DNA from: an uncultured Gemmatimonadaceae bacterium
GTDB lineage: Bacteria; Gemmatimonadota; Gemmatimonadetes; Gemmatimonadales; Gemmatimonadaceae
DNA length: 64,000 nucleotides
NCBI GenBank assembly: GCA_963716745.1
Contig: OY970320.1
Location: 2,880,001 to 2,944,000, forward strand
Direction: 5' to 3'
Position numbers and translations under genes: made by a program
In this document: positions 23,226 to 34,424 of the stretch, one piece after another
Position numbering within the stretch: position 1 is the stretch's first letter
Layout: every line of letters starts with the position of its first letter
The notes under the pieces: model-generated
Databases searched by the model: none
What the model was told of the DNA's origin: nothing
The model's input: the letters and a program-made list of their open reading frames with translations, nothing else

Positions 23226-23248
23226 GACCACGCCACGATGATGCGTAG

Positions 23249-23316
23249 TTGACTCAACCACTCGCCAAGACGAACTTTAGCGAGGCACCCACGCACACCA
23301 GCGTGGGCCCTTTTTT
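23249..23316 (+). promoter_or_regulatory. Putative purA promoter (TTGACT-N17-GAACTT) followed by terminator-like hairpin in the leader
   Basis: TTGACT 23249-54, GAACTT 23272-77; stem cccacgc/gcgtggg 23288-23307 followed by ccc-T6. Confidence 0.5.
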
Positions 23317-23335
23317 CGCGCCAGCCGGGACTCCG

Positions 23336-24619
23336 ATGTTCGACAAGAAAACTCGCACCGTCGTCGTGGTCGGCGCGCAGTGGGGCGACGAAGGGAAGGG
23401 CAAACTCGTCGACGTGATCGCCGAGCGCGCGGACTGGGTCGTGCGCTACCAGGGCGGCGCGAACGCCGGGCACACCGTCAAGATCGGTGACCGCCAGTTC
23501 GTCCTCCATCAGATCCCGAGCGGCATCCTGCATCCCGGCGTGCGCTGCGCGATCGGGAACGGCGTCGTGCTCGATCCCGAAACGCTGTTCACCGAGATCG
23601 ACGAGCTCGTCGCCGACGGCGTGGATGTCGAGGGCCGACTCTATGTGAGCGACCGCGCGCATCTCGTGCTGCCGTACCACAAACTGGTGGACGGCGAGAG
23701 CGCCGCGAGCAAGGCGATCGGCACCACCGGGCGCGGCATCGGCCCCGCCTACGAGGACAAGATCGCGCGCCGCGGCGTGCGCGTGCTCGATCTGCGCCAT
23801 CCCGAGCAGCTGCACAAGCTGGTCGAAGGCGGCATCGCGCACGCGAACGCGCAACTCGCGGCGTTCGGCAGCGCGATGCGCGCGAGCATCGACGAGACCG
23901 TGGAGATGCTCGAGCGTCTCGCGCCGCGGCTGCTGCCGCTCGCCGACGACATCGGGCTCGCGGTGAGCCGCGCGCAGAAGTCGGGTGCCGCCGTGCTGCT
24001 CGAGGGCGCGCAGGGTTCGCTGCTCGATGTCGATCACGGCACGTATCCGTTCGTCACGTCGAGCAGCACCACGAGCGGCGGTGCGGCGATCGGCGTGGGC
24101 ATCGCGCCGCGCTCGCTCGACGCGGTGCTCGGCGTCGTGAAGGCGTACACCACGCGCGTGGGCAACGGCCCGCTCCCGACGGAGCTTGACGAGCCGCTCG
24201 CGAGCCAGGTGCGCAAGCTCGGCAACGAGTTCGGCGCGACCACCGGCCGGCCGCGGCGCTGCGGCTGGTTCGACGCGGTAGTGGTGCGCTACGCCGCGCG
24301 CGTGAACGGACTCACCGGTCTCGCGGTCACCAAGCTCGACGTGCTCGACACTCTCGACAAACTCGGCATCTGCACTGCGTACGAAGTGAAAGGCGAGCGA
24401 CACGAGGAATTCCCCGGCGATCTCATGATGCTGGAGGGCGCAAAGCCCGTGTACGAATGGTTCGACGGCTGGAAGAAATCCACCGCCGGCGCCCGCAAGA
24501 TGGCCGACCTGCCGCCGGCGGCGCGCAAGTACCTCGACCGGATGCGCGAACTCGCCGCGACCCCCATCACATACGTGAGCGTGGGCACCAACCGCGATCA
24601 GATCATCGGCGTCGATTGA
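23336..24619 (+). CDS. purA: Adenylosuccinate synthetase
   Basis: GAQWGDEGKGK, GGANAGHT, IGTTGRGIGPAY, EFGATTGRPRRCGW. Confidence 0.99.
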   Translation: MFDKKTRTVVVVGAQWGDEGKGKLVDVIAERADWVVRYQGGANAGHTVKIGDRQFVLHQIPSGILHPGVRCAIGNGVVLDPETLFTEIDELVADGVDVEGRLYVSDRAHLVLPYHKLVDGESAASKAIGTTGRGIGPAYEDKIARRGVRVLDLRHPEQLHKLVEGGIAHANAQLAAFGSAMRASIDETVEMLERLAPRLLPLADDIGLAVSRAQKSGAAVLLEGAQGSLLDVDHGTYPFVTSSSTTSGGAAIGVGIAPRSLDAVLGVVKAYTTRVGNGPLPTELDEPLASQVRKLGNEFGATTGRPRRCGWFDAVVVRYAARVNGLTGLAVTKLDVLDTLDKLGICTAYEVKGERHEEFPGDLMMLEGAKPVYEWFDGWKKSTAGARKMADLPPAARKYLDRMRELAATPITYVSVGTNRDQIIGVD

Positions 24620-25596
24620 TGATCGATGTCGCGATCGTAGGCGCCGGGCCATGCGGCCTCGCGGCGGCGATCGCGGCCGAGCGCGCGGGACTGCACGCGG
24701 TGACGTTCGACAGTTCGTGCATCGTGAGCGGGATCTACGGATATCCCACCGATCTGATCTTCTTCTCGACGCCGGAGAAGCTGGAGATCGGTGGCGTGCC
24801 ATTCGTGAGTGCCGGTGAACGGCCCACGCGACAGGAAGGACTCGCATACTATCGCAGCGTCGCGTCGCAATTCGCTCTCGAGCTGCGCCAGTACGAGACC
24901 GTCGAGCGCATCGAGCGGGACGGAGACGGATTCACGCTGCATACCCGTACGCTCGGCGGCGCGACGCACGTCGAACGCGCGGCGGCGGTGGTGATCGCGA
25001 CCGGATACTTCGGCCGCCCCGTACGGCTCGGCGTGCCCGGCGAGGATCGCGCGCACGTGCTGCATTTCTATCGCGAAGGTCACGCGGCGTTCGACCAGGA
25101 TGTCATAGTCGTGGGCGGCGCGAACTCAGCGGTGGAGGCGGCGCTCCTGCTCCAGCGCGGCGGCGCGCGCGTCACCATCGTGCACTATCACGGGGCGCTC
25201 GGCACGAACGTGAAGCCGTGGGTGCTGCCCGACATCACGGCGCGAATTGCGGATGGCTCCGTTCAGACGCGATTCGACTCGCGCGTTGCGAGCATCGAAG
25301 CGGAACACGTCGTGATCGCGGGGCCGCATGGCCCGGAGCGGTTGCCCGCGCGGCACGTATACCTCATGATCGGCTTCGAACCGAACACGGCACTGCTGGA
25401 GCAGCTCGGGGTGCCGATCGATGCGGAGACCGGCATTCCGCAGCACGATCCGGCCACAATGGAAACGAGCGTGCCCGGCGTGTTCATCGCCGGCGTGCTC
25501 ACGTCGGGCATCAAGGCCAACAGCACGTTCATCGAGAACGGCCGGCATCACGGCGACCTCATCGCGGCGCGACTCGCGCACGCGCACTCTCATTAA
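24619..25596 (+). CDS. YpdA-like FAD/NAD(P)-dependent oxidoreductase (putative bacillithiol disulfide reductase family)
   Basis: [45 protein letters not shown]. Confidence 0.85.
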   Translation: MIDVAIVGAGPCGLAAAIAAERAGLHAVTFDSSCIVSGIYGYPTDLIFFSTPEKLEIGGVPFVSAGERPTRQEGLAYYRSVASQFALELRQYETVERIERDGDGFTLHTRTLGGATHVERAAAVVIATGYFGRPVRLGVPGEDRAHVLHFYREGHAAFDQDVIVVGGANSAVEAALLLQRGGARVTIVHYHGALGTNVKPWVLPDITARIADGSVQTRFDSRVASIEAEHVVIAGPHGPERLPARHVYLMIGFEPNTALLEQLGVPIDAETGIPQHDPATMETSVPGVFIAGVLTSGIKANSTFIENGRHHGDLIAARLAHAHSH

Positions 25597-25606
25597 CGAA
25601 CCATCA

Positions 25607-26962
25607 ATGGCCGACACCAAGTATCCCGACGTCATGGAGAAGCTCGTGTCGCTGTGCAAGCGGCGCGGTTTCATCTTCCAAAGTTCCGAGATCTACGGTG
25701 GCACGGGAAGCGTGTGGGACTACGGTCCGCTCGGCGTCGAACTGAAGAAGAACATCAAGGACCGCTGGTGGAACGCGATGGTGCGTGCGCGCGACGACAT
25801 CGAAGGGCTCGACGCGGCGATCCTGATGAATCCCAAGGTGTGGGAGGCGAGCGGCCACGTGAGCGGGTTCGTCGATCCGCTCGTGGAATGCCGACAGTGC
25901 AAGAAGCGCTTCCGCGCCGACGATCCGAAGATCAAGGGCACGCCTGGCGAACCGGATGCGCAGTGTCCGAGCTGCGGCACCAAGGGTTCGCTCGGCGCGC
26001 CGCGGCTGTTCAACCTGATGTTCAAGACGTTCATGGGCCCGGTGGAGGACACCGCGGCCGTGGTGTACCTGCGCCCCGAGACGGCGCAGGGGATCTATGT
26101 GAACTTCCTGAACGTGCAGCAGGCCACGCGACAGAAGGTGCCGTTCGGCATCGCGCAGATCGGCAAGGCGTTCCGCAACGAGATCACGCCCGGGAATTTC
26201 ATCTTCCGCACGCGCGAGTTCGAGCAGATGGAGATGCAGTTCTTCGTCGAGCCCGGCACCGACATGACGTGGTTCGAGTTCTGGAAGGCGGAGCGCATGA
26301 AGTGGCACCAGGAGCTTGGGCTCGCGCCGGAGCGGCTGAAGTTCCACCAGCACGAGAAGCACGAGCTGGCGCACTATGCGCGCGCGGCGTTCGACGTGCA
26401 ATTCGATTTCGGCGGCACGCTCGGCTTCCAGGAGATCGAGGGCGTGCACAATCGCGGCGACTTCGATCTCACCGCGCACCAGAATCTCTCGGGGAAGAAG
26501 CTGGAGTACTTCGACCAGCCGAACAACCGGCGATTCACGCCGTACGTGGTGGAGACGAGCGTGGGCGCCGACCGCACGACGCTCGCGGTGCTCGTGAACG
26601 CGTACCGCGAGGAGAAGGTGGAGGGCGAGGAGGAGGGCCGCACCGTGCTCGGCATCCATCCGTCGCTCGCGCCGATCAAGGCGGGCATCTTCCCGCTCGT
26701 GAAGAAGGACGGCATGCCGGAGATGGCGGAGAAGCTGGCGAAGGAGCTGCGTCCGCATTTCCCGGTGTTCTACGACGAGAGCGGCGCGATCGGGCGGCGG
26801 TACCGGCGTCAGGACGAGGTGGGCACGCCCTGGTGCATCACCGTGGACGGCGATTCCACGAAGGATGGCACGGTCACCATTCGCGACCGCGATTCGCTGC
26901 AGCAGGAACGTGTGCCGGCGGACAAGCTGCGCACGATCATCCTGGATCGGCTCACGAAGTGA
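25607..26962 (+). CDS. glyQS: Glycine--tRNA ligase, homodimeric type
   Basis: [48 protein letters not shown]. Confidence 0.97.
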   Translation: MADTKYPDVMEKLVSLCKRRGFIFQSSEIYGGTGSVWDYGPLGVELKKNIKDRWWNAMVRARDDIEGLDAAILMNPKVWEASGHVSGFVDPLVECRQCKKRFRADDPKIKGTPGEPDAQCPSCGTKGSLGAPRLFNLMFKTFMGPVEDTAAVVYLRPETAQGIYVNFLNVQQATRQKVPFGIAQIGKAFRNEITPGNFIFRTREFEQMEMQFFVEPGTDMTWFEFWKAERMKWHQELGLAPERLKFHQHEKHELAHYARAAFDVQFDFGGTLGFQEIEGVHNRGDFDLTAHQNLSGKKLEYFDQPNNRRFTPYVVETSVGADRTTLAVLVNAYREEKVEGEEEGRTVLGIHPSLAPIKAGIFPLVKKDGMPEMAEKLAKELRPHFPVFYDESGAIGRRYRRQDEVGTPWCITVDGDSTKDGTVTIRDRDSLQQERVPADKLRTIILDRLTK

Positions 26963-28482
26963 GCTCCGCGGAATTGGACCGCCTGCGCCGAAACGGCGAG
27001 GCGATGAGCGTGGCGCTGTCTCGCGAGTTCTACGAGAGCGGGGCAGGGCTCAAAGGCACGGCGGAGCTGCAGCCGATTTACGCGAAGTATCCGAGAGTGC
27101 TCGGCGACGACGCGCTCGCGCAGGTGCGCGAGGCGTTCGCCGGCGCCGCCGAGGGCAGTGAAGAGAAGCGCGGTGCGCGCCTGCTGCTCGATTGGCAGGT
27201 GGAGGGGATGGTGTCGCGCGAACTCGCGGCGCTCGACGAGCGCGAGATCGCTTGGGAATCGAGCGCCAGCGTGACGCTGAGCGACGGGCGCATCGTTCCG
27301 TATCAACAGCTCTCGATCGACATCGCGAACACGATGGACCGTCGTGATCGCCTCGTGCTCGATCGCGCGCGATCGGCGATCGTGGCGAAGGAGCTCGCGC
27401 CAATGCGGCTCGAGCATTTCCAGCGCGAGACGGAACTCACGGCCAAGCTCGGCATCGGATCGAACTATGTGAGCACGTTCGTGGCGCTCTCGGGCGTCGA
27501 TCTCGCGGAATTGGCCGCGCAGTGCGCCAAGTTCCTGCGCGACACGCAGTCGATGTGGGACGACACCGTACGCGAGCGCGTGCGCGACAAGCTCGGCATC
27601 AAGATCAGCGAGGCTGTGCGCGCGGATGCGCTGGCGCTCATGCGCGTGCCGGAGTTCGACGCGTTCTTCCCGGGCGCGGGTCTCGAGAGCGTCGCGCGGC
27701 GCAACATGCAGGAGATGGGCGTCGATGCCGTGGCCGGCGGCCGAGTGGTGTTCGACACGGGCGACCGGGAAGGGAAGCGCTCGCGCGCCTTCTGCGCGCC
27801 GGTGCGGATCCCCGAGGAGGTCTATCTCGTCATGCGGCCGCACGGCGGGCAAACGGACTATGCGACCTTCATGCACGAGCTGGGGCACGCGCTGCACTTC
27901 GGCTACATGCGCGCCGACTATCCGTTCGAGTATCGGTGGCTCGGCGACAATTCCGTGACCGAGAGCTATGCGATGCTCTTCGACCATCTGATGCAGAACG
28001 CCGGCTGGCTACTGCGCTACACGTCGCTCACCAAAAAAGAACTGCCCGCATTCGAGCGTGCGGCGGGTTTCGAGGAACTGCAGTTCCTGCGGCGCTACTG
28101 CGGGAAGCTGTTGTACGAGATGGAATTGCACGGCGGTGAGCATTCATGGAATGCGCTGCCCGATCTCTACGTGCAGATCCTCACCGGCGCGACCTCGTTC
28201 CGCTACGACCCCGCCAATGCGTTCGTGGATGTGGACCCGCGATTCTATGCCGCGCGATATCTGCGCGCATGGCAGCTGCAGTCGGTGATCGGCGAATCGC
28301 TCGTCGAGCAGTTCAACGAAGATTGGTACCGGAATCCGAAGGCGGGGCCATGGATCGTGGGCAACTTGTACGCCGAAGGTCAGCGCGAGCTGGCGCACGA
28401 GCTGGCGTCGCGCGTGTCGGGGAAGGGGTTGTCGTTCGATCCGCTCGCGCGGAAGGTGGAGTCCCTGCTGTCGGCGGTCTGA
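26959..28482 (+). CDS. M3-like gluzincin metallopeptidase
   Basis: GTGA overlap with gly[10 protein letters not shown] plus downstream [15 protein letters not shown]. Confidence 0.75.
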   Translation: MSSAELDRLRRNGEAMSVALSREFYESGAGLKGTAELQPIYAKYPRVLGDDALAQVREAFAGAAEGSEEKRGARLLLDWQVEGMVSRELAALDEREIAWESSASVTLSDGRIVPYQQLSIDIANTMDRRDRLVLDRARSAIVAKELAPMRLEHFQRETELTAKLGIGSNYVSTFVALSGVDLAELAAQCAKFLRDTQSMWDDTVRERVRDKLGIKISEAVRADALALMRVPEFDAFFPGAGLESVARRNMQEMGVDAVAGGRVVFDTGDREGKRSRAFCAPVRIPEEVYLVMRPHGGQTDYATFMHELGHALHFGYMRADYPFEYRWLGDNSVTESYAMLFDHLMQNAGWLLRYTSLTKKELPAFERAAGFEELQFLRRYCGKLLYEMELHGGEHSWNALPDLYVQILTGATSFRYDPANAFVDVDPRFYAARYLRAWQLQSVIGESLVEQFNEDWYRNPKAGPWIVGNLYAEGQRELAHELASRVSGKGLSFDPLARKVESLLSAV

Positions 28483-28486
28483 CCGG

Positions 28487-28825
28487 CTAGGGATTCATTT
28501 TGGTCGTATCGGGCTTCGGCGCCGTGCCGACGACGCTGTCGAGTGCGGTCTTGTCGCCCTTCTCGTACAACTCGATGAGTTTCTCGCACTGCGGATCGCT
28601 CTCGGCCCAGCCGACATCGAAATGATACGCCTGCGAGCACCAGGTAAGCGGCGGAAGGCCCTTGGATTCGCGATCCGCGTTCGTCTGCTGGAGCTGCGCC
28701 ATGAACTGCTGGCGCTCCGCGTTGGTCTTGTGGACGTTGTAGGAGATGATGCTCCCGACGGCCACCGCGCGGCACGAGAGTGCTGGGGCGAGTGCGAGCA
28801 GGATGATCGCAATTCTGATGCGCAT
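28487..28825 (-). CDS. Small hypothetical lipoprotein
   Basis: MRIRIAIILLALAPALSC lipobox-like signal; two further Cys. Confidence 0.6.
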   Translation of the reverse strand: MRIRIAIILLALAPALSCRAVAVGSIISYNVHKTNAERQQFMAQLQQTNADRESKGLPPLTWCSQAYHFDVGWAESDPQCEKLIELYEKGDKTALDSVVGTAPKPDTTKMNP

Positions 28826-28904
28826 GCGAGGTTTCCTCTGCAGATTGGAGTCTGACTCGGAGTAACGACGCACCGCGGGCCCCTCGTTGTCAAGGAAGAA
28901 TGTC

Positions 28905-30569
28905 ATGCGGAAGCTGATTCTCGCGATGCTCGTGGTGTGCAACGGGACCCTCGCCGCCCAGGCGCCCGCGCCCCAAACGATCAAGGGACTCGGCACGATC
29001 ACCTTCCCGACGTCCACGAAGAATGCCGCCGCGCAAACGGCGTTCATTCGCGGCGTGCTGCTGCTGCACATCTTCGAGTACCCCGATGCCGCCGCGAGTT
29101 TTCGCGAGGCGCAGACGCTCGACCCCGGATTCGCGATGGCCTATTGGGGCGAGGCCATGACGTACACGCACCCCGTGTGGAACGAACAGAACCTCGCCGG
29201 CGCACGCGCGGTGCTGCTCCGGCTCGGGCCGGATGCGGCGGCGCGGCGACCCAAGGCCGGCACGAAGCGCGAGATCATGTATCTCACGGCGGTCGAGACC
29301 CTGTATGGCGACGGACCGAAGGCGAAACGCGACACGCTTTACTCTGGCGCGATGCACCAACTGCTCCTCGCGTATCCGGCCGACGATGAGGCGCGTGCGT
29401 TCTATGCTCTCTCGCTGTTAGGCTTGAGCCAGGGCGTGCGCAATGTGCCCACATATCTTGCCGCCGGCGCGATGGCGGAGAGTGTCTTCGCCCGCAATCC
29501 GAAACATCCCGGCGCGGCGCACTACTGGATCCACGCGATGGATGACCCGGAGCACGCGCCCGGCGCGCTCACCGCCGCGCGTGCTCTCTCCGTGACCGCG
29601 CCGGACGCGGGGCACTCGCAGCACATGACCACGCACATCTTTCTCGCGATGGGAATGTGGAATGAGGTGGTGAGTCAGAACGAGATCGCGATCCGCGTGG
29701 TCGATTCGCTGCGGAAGACTCGGGGCCGGCCACCCGTGTCGTGCGGCCACTATTCGAGCTGGCTCGCATATGGCTACGGCATGCAGGGACGCCTCGATGC
29801 ATCGCAGAAGATGGTGCTAGCCTGCCGCACCGACGCGATGGGTGCGGCAGAGGCACCGCGCGCGACGCCGGATCCTGACAACTCATTGCGTGCATCGTTC
29901 ATCGCGATGTGGTCGCGCTATGTGCTCGACGCGACGCAATGGAACAGCGACGTCGTGCGGTGGTCTTTCGATCCGGGCAAGGATCCGGCGACGATCATGG
30001 AGTACCAATTCACCCGCGGCTACGCAGCGGCACAGCGCGGAGACATTGTCGTGGCCACCGCGGCGCTCGCTGCGTACGACAGCGCCGCAGACCTCTTCGA
30101 CGCCGCGCTCTCGCTCGAGAACGGCTCTGATCCCGAGACGCTCGAATTCGAGAAGGATGTGCGCGCGATGCGCCTCCAGCTTCAGGGACTCATCGCTGTG
30201 AAGAGCGGCGCCCTGGATTCCGGGATCGCGCTCATCCGCCGAGCCGTCGCGGTGGAGGACAGTACGGCCGCGGCGTTCGGACCGCCTTCGATCGATGAGC
30301 CATCCTGGGAATTGCTCGGCGAGCAGTGGCTTGCCGCCGGAAAGCCAATGAAGGCGAAGGATGCCTACCGCTTCGCGCTCTTGCGCGCGCCGCGCCGTAC
30401 GCCGGCGCTGCTCGGACTCGCGCGTTCGGCCAAGGCCGCGGGCGACAACGCGACCGCCGTGGCGACGTACAAGACGCTCGTGGCGATCTGGCACCAAGCC
30501 GATCCGGATCTCCCCGGGCTCGCCGAAGCGCGCGCCGGCGCGGTTGCCGCGGCTAGTACGCACCAATAA
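28905..30569 (+). CDS. Secreted TPR-containing protein
   Basis: Signal peptide; DPGFAMAYWGEAM, HPGAAHYWIHA, GHSQHMTTHIF; helical TPR-like repeats. Confidence 0.8.
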   Translation: MRKLILAMLVVCNGTLAAQAPAPQTIKGLGTITFPTSTKNAAAQTAFIRGVLLLHIFEYPDAAASFREAQTLDPGFAMAYWGEAMTYTHPVWNEQNLAGARAVLLRLGPDAAARRPKAGTKREIMYLTAVETLYGDGPKAKRDTLYSGAMHQLLLAYPADDEARAFYALSLLGLSQGVRNVPTYLAAGAMAESVFARNPKHPGAAHYWIHAMDDPEHAPGALTAARALSVTAPDAGHSQHMTTHIFLAMGMWNEVVSQNEIAIRVVDSLRKTRGRPPVSCGHYSSWLAYGYGMQGRLDASQKMVLACRTDAMGAAEAPRATPDPDNSLRASFIAMWSRYVLDATQWNSDVVRWSFDPGKDPATIMEYQFTRGYAAAQRGDIVVATAALAAYDSAADLFDAALSLENGSDPETLEFEKDVRAMRLQLQGLIAVKSGALDSGIALIRRAVAVEDSTAAAFGPPSIDEPSWELLGEQWLAAGKPMKAKDAYRFALLRAPRRTPALLGLARSAKAAGDNATAVATYKTLVAIWHQADPDLPGLAEARAGAVAAASTHQ

Positions 30570-30598
30570 CTTCGGTCGCACGACTCACTAGAGGCCGC

Positions 30599-32008
30599 AT
30601 GCGCACTGCAGGACCACTCTCGCTCGCGCTGTGTCTGAGCGCACTCGCCACCACCGTGAACGCACAGACCCCTGACTGGAACGCCGCCCGCGACGAGACC
30701 CTGCGGCATCTCCAGACGATGATCCGCATGAACACGTCGAATCCACCGGGCAACGAAATGCCGGTGGGGAAATACCTCGACAGCGTGCTCAAGGCCGAGG
30801 GGATCGAGACGCATCTCTTCGAGCCGGCGCCCGGCCGTGCGGCGTTCGTCGCGCGGCTCAAGGGGAACGGCTCCAAGCAGGCCGTGATCCTCATGGGACA
30901 CATGGACGTCGTGGGCATCGAGCGCGCGCATTGGACGGTCGATCCATTCGCCGCCGACATCAAGGACGGTTTCCTCTATGGCCGCGGCGCGATCGACGAC
31001 AAGGGAATGCTCGCCGCCAATCTCGAGACAATGCTGCTCCTCAAGCGCACGATAATCGACAAGGGTGGCACATTGTCGCGCGACGTGATCTTCATCGCGA
31101 ACTCCGACGAAGAAGCCGGCGGCGAGTTCGGCATGGGCTGGCTCATCGCGAATCATCCGGAGCTCGTGAAAGCGGAATTCGCGCTCAACGAAGGCGGCCG
31201 CACGCGCAACGTTGGCGGCAAGCCGCTCTATGTGGCGGTGCAGAACACCGAGAAGGTGCCCTACGGCGTCACGGTCACCGCGCATGGCCCCGGTGGCCAC
31301 GCGGCGATCCCGCTCGAGGGGAACGCGATCGCGCGACTCGGCCGCGCGCTCGCGGCGATCGGCGCGCACCAGGAACCGGTGGTGATGAAGCCCACCACGA
31401 AAGTTTTCTTCGGCGACCTCGGCGCGGTGTGGCCCGACAAGAAAGTCGGCAAGGCGATGCTCAATGTTTCGAGCGGGGACGCGAAGCGCGTCGCCGCCGG
31501 CGCCAAAGTGCTCTCGACGATCCCGGTGTTCAACGCGGTGATCCGGAACGGCATCTCGCCCACGCTGGTCACGGGCGGCATTCGCAGCAATGTGATCCCC
31601 ACCGAGGCGACCGCCACGCTCAACATTCGTAATCTGCCCGGCGAACCGATCGCGCCGGTGGTCGCGCGGCTCAGGGCGGCGGTGAACGACACCATGGTGG
31701 ATTTCGCCGTCGTCGATAGCGGCGTGGACACGCCCGCATCCAGCTTCACGACGCCAATGTTCACCGCGATCGCCGACGCGGTGAAGGAGCTCGACCCTAC
31801 AATGGTGACGGTGCCGTATCTCAGCACCGGCGCCACCGATAGCGCGCGTCTCCGCGCGCTCGGCATGCAGGCGTATGGCATCCTCCCGTTCCCGCTCGAT
31901 CAGAGCGACGAGGACCGCATGCACGGCAACGACGAACGGATCCCGCTCACGTCGCTCGCCTTCGGCACGAAACTGATCTACGGCGCCATGGTGCGCGTCA
32001 CGAAATGA
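30599..32008 (+). CDS. Secreted M20/M25/M40 family metallo-hydrolase
   Basis: GHMDVV, LYGRGAIDDKG, DEEAGG, GATD, RMHGNDERI. Confidence 0.93.
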   Translation: MRTAGPLSLALCLSALATTVNAQTPDWNAARDETLRHLQTMIRMNTSNPPGNEMPVGKYLDSVLKAEGIETHLFEPAPGRAAFVARLKGNGSKQAVILMGHMDVVGIERAHWTVDPFAADIKDGFLYGRGAIDDKGMLAANLETMLLLKRTIIDKGGTLSRDVIFIANSDEEAGGEFGMGWLIANHPELVKAEFALNEGGRTRNVGGKPLYVAVQNTEKVPYGVTVTAHGPGGHAAIPLEGNAIARLGRALAAIGAHQEPVVMKPTTKVFFGDLGAVWPDKKVGKAMLNVSSGDAKRVAAGAKVLSTIPVFNAVIRNGISPTLVTGGIRSNVIPTEATATLNIRNLPGEPIAPVVARLRAAVNDTMVDFAVVDSGVDTPASSFTTPMFTAIADAVKELDPTMVTVPYLSTGATDSARLRALGMQAYGILPFPLDQSDEDRMHGNDERIPLTSLAFGTKLIYGAMVRVTK

Positions 32009-32694
32009 CCGCGCGTCCGATCGCGGTGGTCACGGGCGCATCGCGCGGGATCGGCCGCGCGGTGGCGCTGCGGCTCGCCGAGCGCTGGGACATCGTGGCG
32101 CTCGCGCGCACGAAGAGCGCGCTGGATTCGCTCGCGCAGGAGATCGCGAAAGCCGGAGGGAAGTGCCGCGCCGTTGAGGCCGACCTGGCCGATGATGCGT
32201 CGGTGAACAAATCGCTCGCGGGCATCGACGCCGAGGTGCTCGTGAACAATGCCGGCGTCGGCACGCTCAAGCCGCTGCTCGATCTCACGCGTGCCGAATG
32301 GCGCGAGATGATCGACGTGAACTTGAACTCGCTCTACACGACCACGCACGCGCTGCTCCCTGGCATGATCGCCCGGAAACGCGGCTTCATCGTGATGATC
32401 GGCTCCCTCGCCGGCCGCAATCCATTCGCCGGCGGCACGGCCTACACTGCGACGAAACACGGCGTGATCGGATTCGCCGAGAGTCTGATGTTGGAAGTGC
32501 GCGAACACAATGTTCGTGTCGCGACGATCATGCCCGGGTCGGTCGACACGCGCCTCAACACCAGCACCGGCGACAACAGCTGGAAGCTCACCGCCGCCCA
32601 GGTCGCGGACGCCGTCTGGTTCGCCGTGACGCAACCAGAGAACGCGCTCATCTCCCGCATCGAAATGCGCCCCGCGATCGCGCCAAGAAAGTAG
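32005..32694 (+). CDS. SDR family oxidoreductase
   Basis: TGASRGIG, VNNAG, YTATK. Confidence 0.93.
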   Translation: MTARPIAVVTGASRGIGRAVALRLAERWDIVALARTKSALDSLAQEIAKAGGKCRAVEADLADDASVNKSLAGIDAEVLVNNAGVGTLKPLLDLTRAEWREMIDVNLNSLYTTTHALLPGMIARKRGFIVMIGSLAGRNPFAGGTAYTATKHGVIGFAESLMLEVREHNVRVATIMPGSVDTRLNTSTGDNSWKLTAAQVADAVWFAVTQPENALISRIEMRPAIAPRK

Positions 32695-32742
32695 TTCGTG
32701 CGCTCTGGGCTCGCGCGGACTGCTTCCCATGCGCGCAAGCTC

Positions 32743-32856
32743 GCGAGGCCACCCCGCTGCGCGGCCGCCCACGCGCTTACACGCTTCGAGCCTCGCGCAT
32801 AACGACGCGCGAGTCTCTCGCTACGCGCGATGGCGGCTGCTCGGGGATGGCCTCGC
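32743..32856 (-). repeat. Structured repeat family, copy B (inverted relative to copy C)
   Basis: Core 32773-32828 is a near reverse complement of 32970-33023; own outer stems gcgaggcca/tggcctcgc, ccccg/cgggg. Confidence 0.88.
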
Positions 32857-32937
32857 TCGCATTGCTCCGTGAACGGCATGCGCCGGTCGGGCGCGCGCGA
32901 ACTCACTCTCCTCGCGCTGTCGTTTGAGATCGATGGA

Positions 32938-33054
32938 GAGGCGAGTGGGGCGCTCCCGGAGGCGCCCCGGCGCGTAGCGAGAGACTCGCGCGCGGTTGCG
33001 CGAGGCTCGAAGCGTGTAAGCGCCAGGGCGCTGGAGGAGCGTCCCGCTCGCCTC
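32938..33054 (+). repeat. Structured repeat family, copy C
   Basis: Outer stem gaggcgagtggggcgctcc/ggagcgtcccgctcgcctc; core gcgagagactcgcgc-gcggtt-gcgcgaggctcgaagcg. Confidence 0.88.
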
Positions 33055-33115
33055 GCCCACCCGCGATGATCTAAAAGCTCCCGGAGCGTGCTAGTGGAGA
33101 TATCCTCGCGCTGGA

Positions 33116-33857
33116 TTAGCGTCCCGAGTGCCGACGGGATGATGTGCCATGCGACGTAGAACACCACGCGCAGGAGAACAGCGGCGCCGAAGCCCGCGCG
33201 GCGGAAGGTCCAGACTTGAGCGAGGTTGAGCGCGTAGTCCTGCGTGAAGATCACCGCGGTCATGAGCCCGTGTCCCGGCATGCTCAGGTCCTGCGTGACC
33301 GGTTCGATCAGGGCGCACAGCGCGCCGATCACCCAGAAGCTCTCCGTCTGCCAGCGGCCGCGCGTCGCGTACGACACGAGGAACATCAGCAGCGGGATGG
33401 GCACCAAGTAGTAGATGATATCCACGATCGCGGCGCCGCCGGGATATATGATCGCCGACGCGGGGAAGGCGATGTTGATCGTCTTGAGCCCGAGCGCCGC
33501 CGCTTCCATCGCGCTCCATCCCGTCGCGTTATCGATGAGCAATGCGACGATGCCGAGCGCCGCGCCGATCGCGGCGGGGATTACGATGCGATCCCGCAGC
33601 GACACGCGCGGGTCCCAGGTCTCGGGGAACCCCGTGCGCGCGGCGCACCACACGCCGAGCGCGCCCAGTACCGCGAGCGCGCCGATGAACCACCATTGGA
33701 ACACTTTCGTCTGCGATGCCGACACGAACATCGCCGGCCACACATTCGACACGAGCACTTTGATCAGGGCGAGTCCCGCGATGATGACGAGGAACGCGGC
33801 CGCCGAGCGCGGCACATTCGGCCGCGCCGATGGCAGCGCGGGTGCCGTGTTCACCAT
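33116..33857 (-). CDS. Polytopic membrane protein, possibly CPBP/Abi-like (true 3' end inferred)
   Basis: Multiple TM segments, YPGGAAIVDIIYYLVPIP, LRVVFYVAWH; a one-base shift near 33125 gives GR-stop, otherwise the ORF reads into the repeats. Confidence 0.65.
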
Positions 33858-33961
33858 GGCGGGATCGAGCGTCCGTTCGGAATGCACCACGCGACAACAC
33901 CGGGATCGAGGTATCCCAACTTACGACTCCGCACCGGACGTGGTTTCGCATAACTTCCAGC

Positions 33962-34372
33962 ATGACCTCTCCCGCCCCGATCCCCGGCGCCCGCCCTGTG
34001 CTCTGCGTGATGAGCGATCTCATGTTCCGCTCGCGCATCGACGACGTGACGACGCGATTAGGCCTCCCGCTGCGCGCCGCGAAGAGCATGGAGCAGCTCG
34101 AGCGCCACTTGGCGAACGGATCACCGGCGATCGCGATCGTGGACCTCGAAAATGACTCCCTCGATCCCTCCGCCGCCATCCAGCGCCTCCGCGCGCTGCC
34201 AGATGGCGCCGCGTTGCCGATCGTAGGCTACTCCGGCCACACGAATACAGAGGCACTCGCCGCCGGCCGCGCCGCGGGCGCCGGCGTGGTGCTGGCGCGC
34301 TCCGCGTTCACCGCGCAGCTCGCCAAGCTGCTCGAGCGCATCGCCGAGTCCGAGCGCGCGCGCTCCGCGTAG
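33962..34372 (+). CDS. Stand-alone atypical receiver-domain protein
   Basis: SDLMF, AIVDL, PIVGYSGH, AAGAGVVLARS (conserved Lys replaced). Confidence 0.7.
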   Translation: MTSPAPIPGARPVLCVMSDLMFRSRIDDVTTRLGLPLRAAKSMEQLERHLANGSPAIAIVDLENDSLDPSAAIQRLRALPDGAALPIVGYSGHTNTEALAAGRAAGAGVVLARSAFTAQLAKLLERIAESERARSA

Positions 34373-34424
34373 GCCGACGCGCCGCCCTCAGAGCCGGCGC
34401 AGTTGCCGTTCACGATCCAAAGGA

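Noticed and set aside
25654..28482. 942-aa ORF as a single large protein
   Set aside because: The first ~435 codons are an off-frame shadow of glyQS; the real gene starts at the GTGA overlap at 26959.
32442..33115. C-terminal half of the 482-aa minus-strand ORF
   Set aside because: Reads through repeat DNA and antisense to the SDR gene; a one-base correction gives a stop at 33116.
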